64,000 bases of DNA, taken from contig CALXPT010000001.1 of the NCBI GenBank assembly GCA_944390355.1, forward strand, positions 175,507 to 239,506, read 5' to 3'. A model generated the notes under the pieces. It was not told the DNA's origin. It made no database searches and saw only the letters and a list, made by a program, of their open reading frames with translations. The position numbers were made by a program, and so were the translations under genes. Source of the stretch: an uncultured Alphaproteobacteria bacterium. GTDB lineage: Bacteria; Pseudomonadota; Alphaproteobacteria; RF32; CAG-239. Positions 59,054-64,000 of the stretch are shown here, one piece after another (position 1 is the first letter of the stretch; every line of letters starts with the position of its first letter).

Positions 59054-59836
59054 CTAAAAAGCTAGGACTGGGCGAACGGAATAGCCTTTATCCTTATCGT
59101 TGTTGTCCATATCAGCATCATAGAAGTACAACATCCAAGCATAGGCATCAGAATACTCGGAAGAAGACCAATGGCTCATTGAATTCAATGCTTCTCCTCC
59201 GATTTTACTCAAGGCTGTGTCCAAACTATTTTGGCTATCATATATAGCCTTCAATTCCCCTGCTGCCGGCAAGTACCAATCTCCGGCTTTGGTTCCTTCC
59301 GTTTGATAGCTGTTTACATATTCAAACGCAGGGCAACTATATCCTTTTGCTTTACAATATTCTGACACAATCTGCGTGTTTTTCTTACCCTGCCAATCTG
59401 CCGTTACGGATGATGTTATATTACTTAATTCCGGAACGTCAAAATATTTGTCTGACCAATATTCTGCTGATGACTCCAACCCTATTGCCAGTCTGTTGGT
59501 TGTATCAAAAATTACACCTATCGGGGTTTTGCTTGCTACAACATTTGCATTGCAGCTCATATCCGAATATAAAATATCTCCGATTTGGCATTTTGAAAGA
59601 GCCTCATCCTGTACGGTTTGTTCCAATTTTTCAATTGTTATTTTGAGTTGGGAAATTTCGTCGGCCAGCGTGCAATTCCAAGCATTTCCGAATGGGCATT
59701 TAATTCCGCCCTCGCAGGCCGTGGTGGAGGTATAGCCCAGTGTGGTACAATTCGGGGTTTGAATGCAAGCAGCCTCAGCCACGCCGCTCATCGCAAAAGC
59801 CACCAAAGCCGATGAATATAATAAAAACTTTCTCAT
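59054..59836 (-). CDS. Secreted protein with N-terminal AACIQTP Cys module and C-terminal DUF1566 (Lcl C-terminal-like) domain
   Basis: 260 aa. Signal peptide. N-terminal module shared with 4969-5727 product. C-terminal GDWYLPAAGEL...SMSHWSSSE...YSVRPVLAF typical of DUF1566. Confidence 0.6.
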   Translation of the reverse strand: MRKFLLYSSALVAFAMSGVAEAACIQTPNCTTLGYTSTTACEGGIKCPFGNAWNCTLADEISQLKITIEKLEQTVQDEALSKCQIGDILYSDMSCNANVVASKTPIGVIFDTTNRLAIGLESSAEYWSDKYFDVPELSNITSSVTADWQGKKNTQIVSEYCKAKGYSCPAFEYVNSYQTEGTKAGDWYLPAAGELKAIYDSQNSLDTALSKIGGEALNSMSHWSSSEYSDAYAWMLYFYDADMDNNDKDKGYSVRPVLAF

Positions 59837-59877
59837 TTTCTTTCTCCCATATAATAGTTTTAGTTCTAAAAAATTGG

Positions 59878-60741
59878 TTATTGTTCAAAAGCGCAATAGT
59901 TGCAGTAATCGGTACATCCGGTTGCACAACCGGTTATGATGTATAAATTTGAGCATTCTTCATAAGTGCAGATCGAACACGGTGGACATTCGCTTTCCGT
60001 GCCTAAGTTCTGGCAGGGTTCGCATTCCGAACACAAGGTTGTATTACCTGTTCGACAAGTCGGTGTGCCTGCTTTGCACCCCATATCGCCGCAGTCCAAA
60101 AATCCCGAACAGTCTTTCTCTTTGATTTTGTATTTTTCCTTGATTTTAAGGCCGCCTTCATCACATTCTTCGCAAGGTTCGCCGTCCGCTTCATAACCGT
60201 CGGGAATGGAACCAAGTGTGTATTTGTATTCTGCCGGACAAGTCGGCGTGCAGCAGTCTTTGTATAAACCATTGCCGCAAACCGTACCGACACCTTTTAA
60301 CGGCGATTGGCAAGTTACATAATTACTCGGACAATCTTGCACACATTCGGCAAAATATTTGTTATCTAACGGGCAGAATTTGTTTGGTTTATACCCTGTC
60401 GGGCATGAGGTTTTGCCATAGCCCATTTCGGTACAGCTTTCTTTATAATCATCACCCCCCGGAGGAAGAATCTCAGGCGGTGTCCCTGTCGTCCCATCGG
60501 TGCCGACAAAGTCTGCCCCGCCGCAGTCATCCGTATCGGTTATCCAGCATACCTGCGCAACCTTAATCTCCGACTGCCCTCTAAAACTTGGAGGAGATAA
60601 ATAATCTTCAGAAAAGAGGTGTGTGTGAAGTGTGTGAACAAATGTAATTTTTTCTGAAGGAAGGGAAATACCGGCTCTCACATCCGGCGCAAAAATCGCC
60701 GCCGAAGATAACAGCCCAAACAACAAATAAACCTTGTTCAT
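59878..60741 (-). CDS. Secreted cysteine-rich protein, paralog of 4059-4940
   Basis: Start at MNKVYLL (ATG ending 60741, RBS AAAGGA). ORF-track extension to 60810 runs through the promoter. Confidence 0.7.
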   Translation of the reverse strand: MNKVYLLFGLLSSAAIFAPDVRAGISLPSEKITFVHTLHTHLFSEDYLSPPSFRGQSEIKVAQVCWITDTDDCGGADFVGTDGTTGTPPEILPPGGDDYKESCTEMGYGKTSCPTGYKPNKFCPLDNKYFAECVQDCPSNYVTCQSPLKGVGTVCGNGLYKDCCTPTCPAEYKYTLGSIPDGYEADGEPCEECDEGGLKIKEKYKIKEKDCSGFLDCGDMGCKAGTPTCRTGNTTLCSECEPCQNLGTESECPPCSICTYEECSNLYIITGCATGCTDYCNYCAFEQ

Positions 60742-60781
60742 GATAAAAGTCCTTTCGATATTACTTATCTCCACGACTCGT

Positions 60782-60810
60782 ATTATACCACAAAAGAAAA
60801 TTTCTTTCAA
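60782..60810 (-). promoter_or_regulatory. Sigma70-type promoter with extended -10 (TTGAAA-17-TGgTATAAT), paralogous copy
   Basis: Reverse complement identical in architecture to 3983-4011. Confidence 0.55.
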
Positions 60811-60986
60811 TAGAAATTTTCAAGGCTGGACAAGGGTTTGCACGAACTCTTTTGCATAAAAAAATCTTTTTTTGGAGCTGATGGTGCTTAACCTATTTCT
60901 GTGTGTGTTTTGATTTGCATGGTTGATTTTTGCGAATTTTGGTTTTATCCTTGTTCTATTATTTTTGATTATTGAAAGAATTGCTT

Positions 60987-61961
60987 ATGAAAAAAATTTC
61001 TCTTATCGGATGCGGGCGTTGGGGAACTTTCTTGGGATACTATGCCGCTAAATACTGCGGATATGATGTTGATATGTATGATATTCCTACCTCCCCTAAC
61101 TTTATTGAACTCAGAGATACCCGTAAAAATTCTTATCTCTCTCTTTTGGATAATATGAAACTCTATGACAATCTTTCCGATGTTCTTAAAAATGATACCG
61201 TGATTATTTCTATCGGCTGTCAATATTTCAGAGGTTTGTGCAAGGAACTTAATCAATATGACCTTAACGGAAAATTCTTCTTGCTTGCAATGAAAGGCTT
61301 GGAGGAAACTTCTGCCAAATATATGCACCAAATTATGAAAGAAGAAATTAAACAAGATATTCATGTCGCGGTTTTGGCCGGCCCTGGGCATGTGCAAGAC
61401 TATATGAAAGGCGTTCCCTCCTGTGTGGTGGTCGACTCCGATGAAGACGCTACAAAAAATTACTTTATCCAAAATCTTTCCAGCGAGCTTATTCGATTCT
61501 ATTACGGTGCAGACCTCATCGGCAACCAAATCGGTGCCGCTCTCAAAAATGTTATCGGTCTTGCCGCCGGAATACTCGACGGACTTGAATGGTATGGGCT
61601 TAAAGGGGCTCTCATGGCACGCGCTCCGATTGAGGTCGGTCGCTTTATCAAGGCTTTTGGCGGCAACCCACAAACGGCTTATGGTTTGGCTCATCTCGGC
61701 GACTACGAAGCTACCCTGTTTTCTCAATATAGTCATAACCGTACATTCGGCGAAAAATTTGCTAAAGGCGAAGATTTCGGAAAACTCGCAGAAGGTGTGC
61801 CTACGCTTAAAGCCGTTAAACTCATTGCCGATGAACGCCACATTGATATGCCGATTTGTCAGGCTCTCTATCAAGTCATTTACGAAAAACAAGACATTAA
61901 GTCTACCATTCGTAATTTGTTTACTCGTCATATTAAACAAGAATTTGAAGATTGGGATTAG
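60987..61961 (+). CDS. gpsA: NAD(P)H-dependent glycerol-3-phosphate dehydrogenase
   Basis: N-terminal Rossmann ISLIGCGRWGT. GpsA-length and C-terminal domain. Alternative TTG start 60972. Confidence 0.85.
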   Translation: MKKISLIGCGRWGTFLGYYAAKYCGYDVDMYDIPTSPNFIELRDTRKNSYLSLLDNMKLYDNLSDVLKNDTVIISIGCQYFRGLCKELNQYDLNGKFFLLAMKGLEETSAKYMHQIMKEEIKQDIHVAVLAGPGHVQDYMKGVPSCVVVDSDEDATKNYFIQNLSSELIRFYYGADLIGNQIGAALKNVIGLAAGILDGLEWYGLKGALMARAPIEVGRFIKAFGGNPQTAYGLAHLGDYEATLFSQYSHNRTFGEKFAKGEDFGKLAEGVPTLKAVKLIADERHIDMPICQALYQVIYEKQDIKSTIRNLFTRHIKQEFEDWD

Positions 61962-61964
61962 AAA

Positions 61965-62447
61965 ATGAAAAATAAAATCGCCGAAATTATTGCGACTTGG
62001 TTTGGTTGTGGAAAATCTCCTAAAGCTCCGGGGACAGTCGGCTCACTCGGCGCACTTCCCGTTATATGGCTCTTGTCCCACTATCACGCTGATGTTTTCG
62101 CTATGCTGATTTTGGCTTTGTTTCTGTTTTTTATCGGCGTTTGGGCTACCGATGTCATGATAAAAAAATCAGCAGTCAAAGACCCCTCTTTTGTCGTGAT
62201 TGATGAGGTAGTCGGGCAAATGATTTCTTTTGCATTAATTTGGCCTATGCTCGGTCATCAGCATGCTTGGGGTTTTTATGTGTTTGCATTTGTTCTCTTC
62301 AGGTTTTTTGACATCAAGAAAATGGGGCCGGTGCGCTTTTTTGATAAAAAAGTTCGCAATGCTTGGGGGGTTATGCTTGATGATGTTTTTGCCGGTATTC
62401 TTGCCGCCGCCGTTCTTTATATCGGGGCGTTTTTGTTTGTTCGTTAA
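61965..62447 (+). CDS. pgpA: Phosphatidylglycerophosphatase A
   Basis: 160 aa. PgpA motif WFGCGKSPKAPGTVGSL. Confidence 0.8.
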   Translation: MKNKIAEIIATWFGCGKSPKAPGTVGSLGALPVIWLLSHYHADVFAMLILALFLFFIGVWATDVMIKKSAVKDPSFVVIDEVVGQMISFALIWPMLGHQHAWGFYVFAFVLFRFFDIKKMGPVRFFDKKVRNAWGVMLDDVFAGILAAAVLYIGAFLFVR

Positions 62448-62459
62448 ACTGATAACCGC

Positions 62460-63248
62460 TTAGAATGCAATCTCTTCTATCTGAATATTTGCAAATAGTT
62501 GGGTGGCTATTTGTTCGGATTTAATGTTTTTTCGGGTTACACAAAATTTTCGGCTCTGCCTTTGCGTCAGGCAATGTTCTATTTCGGGGTGGCGGTTGAG
62601 GTAATCTTTTAGTTTTTTGCCTATCAATTCGTCTTGTGAAATTACTCTGACGCTTGGCATTTGGCGGCGGCAATATTCTTTTATCAACGGATAATGTGTA
62701 CAACCCAAAATCAGACTTTCTACCCCTCTTAATTGGCTTAGATATTGCTTTATTATATCTTCCATCTCTTTAAAATTGTTTTGTTCTATCAGAGGCACAA
62801 GACGAGGGGTGGCTTGCTCGATAACGTCTATGTTCGGATTGATTTTTTGCAACTCGGTTTGATAAATATGCGAATTAATCGTGGCTTGCGTAGCAATAAC
62901 CCCTACCTTCTTTTCTCCCGAAGACAGGGCTACTTCCACGGTGGGAATAATCACCCCCAAAACCTTTACATCCGGCGCATTTGAGGGGATGAATTTTTGC
63001 TGTATATATCTCAGGCATATTGAAGTCGCCGTATTGCAGGCTATAATTATCAATTTACAGTCCTGTTTTATCAGATAGGATATAGAATCGAGCGTGTATT
63101 TCAAAATACGTCCCGATGTCTTGTCTCCGTAAGGTAAATGCGCCGTATCACCCAGATATAAGTAGTCATACTGAGGCAGGGCTTTGATTAAGGCTGTCGT
63201 TATAACCAAACCGCCTAAGCCGGAATCAAACACTCCTATCTTTGACAA
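62460..63248 (-). CDS. murI: Glutamate racemase
   Basis: 262 aa. VFDSGLGGL and ACNTA / GCTHYP catalytic Cys motifs. Confidence 0.85.
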   Translation of the reverse strand: MSKIGVFDSGLGGLVITTALIKALPQYDYLYLGDTAHLPYGDKTSGRILKYTLDSISYLIKQDCKLIIIACNTATSICLRYIQQKFIPSNAPDVKVLGVIIPTVEVALSSGEKKVGVIATQATINSHIYQTELQKINPNIDVIEQATPRLVPLIEQNNFKEMEDIIKQYLSQLRGVESLILGCTHYPLIKEYCRRQMPSVRVISQDELIGKKLKDYLNRHPEIEHCLTQRQSRKFCVTRKNIKSEQIATQLFANIQIEEIAF

Positions 63249-63474
63249 GGCTAAAACTCCTTTTTTTATTTTAACGCGGTTAATTTAGCGGAAAATTCCG
63301 TAATTGAAAAGTTTATTTTTCGAGCTTTATAAATTTTTTTATTTTTGAATCAAAAACTTAGTAATATAAAGAACAAAATTAGAACTTTTATACTTGACTT
63401 TCATTTTGTTTTGTTCTAAATATGTTCTATCAAAACAAATTTACTTTTATCTCTAAAACTTAAGGAGAATCAAA

Positions 63475-63543
63475 ATGAACAAGCTCAATATCATCATCTA
63501 TTTTGTTTTATACTGCACAAGCTCTGCCGCCGTTATTCTCTAA
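63475..63543 (+). CDS. Small ORF (22 aa) with strong SD (AAGGAG), upstream of tRNA-Val
   Basis: MNKLNIIIYFVLYCTSSAAVIL. Coding status uncertain. Confidence 0.2.
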   Translation: MNKLNIIIYFVLYCTSSAAVIL

Positions 63544-63613
63544 TTTTTTTTGTAAATACGAAAAAACTACTTGCATTTATAAAAAAAATAGGCTAGAAGT
63601 TTCTTTGCACGTT

Positions 63614-63690
<77 letters not shown>

Positions 63691-63699
63691 ATCGCAGAG

Positions 63700-63731
63700 A
63701 GGCTTCAAGCTTTGGCTTGAGGTCTTTTTTT
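63700..63731 (+). terminator. Intrinsic terminator after tRNA-Val
   Basis: CTTCAAGC-TTTG-GCTTGAGG then TCTTTTTTTT. Confidence 0.55.
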
Positions 63732-64000
63732 TGGTTTTCTTATTGCAACTTTGTTTTTTTCTTTAGGTAAGTTTTTTTTGAAAATACAAAAATATTATTT
63801 ATGCATGAATTGTTTGTATCTGATGCTAAACATTTTGTTTCCATGTCAATTGTTTTTTATAAACCTTTACTTTCTTTGAGCGAATGCTTTTTCAAGATTA
63901 TTACAGATTTAATAACTGATATTGGATAGAAAAACTCGTTGACAAAGCTTCATACATTCGCTAAAAAATTCAAAAAAAATAAAACAGGAGCACAAAAGAA

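Overview
Probable alphaproteobacterial chromosome segment. Supporting genes: DUF2312 protein, three-gene pntAA/pntAB/pntB transhydrogenase, sucCD, SUF cluster, Cys-less L36. It is likely host-associated, given a secreted ankyrin-repeat protein and AT-rich accessory DNA. Core genes are ettA, rpmJ, pyk, split chrA, pntAA-AB-B, serS, trpS, murA, sufT-like/sufE, sucCD, comF-like, sufBCDS, yajC-secDF, gpsA, pgpA, murI, tRNA-Thr(GGU) and tRNA-Val(GAC). Between about 21.0 and 36.6 kb lies a markedly AT-rich island of about 15.5 kb inserted at the 3' end of tRNA-Thr. It starts with a large serine recombinase whose 3' end overlaps the tRNA. Its cargo is three Type II R-M systems (one C5-MTase, one beta-class amino-MTase, one Dam-like), a translationally coupled PRTase+SLOG/DprA-like pair (candidate nucleotide-centred defence system), an HUH Rep-like module bounded by palindromic and iteron-like repeats, and a secreted ankyrin protein. 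Cassettes are separated by a 140-bp TIR-bounded repeat element carrying a GCACCATTT core identical to the tRNA crossover sequence. The island ends with two tandem copies of the tRNA 3' end (duplicated attR plus a 280-bp perfect repeat). Two paralogous modules encoding cysteine-rich secreted proteins with identical promoters sit at 4.0-5.7 kb and 59.0-60.8 kb. Coordinates of promoters, terminators and repeats are approximate (a few nt).
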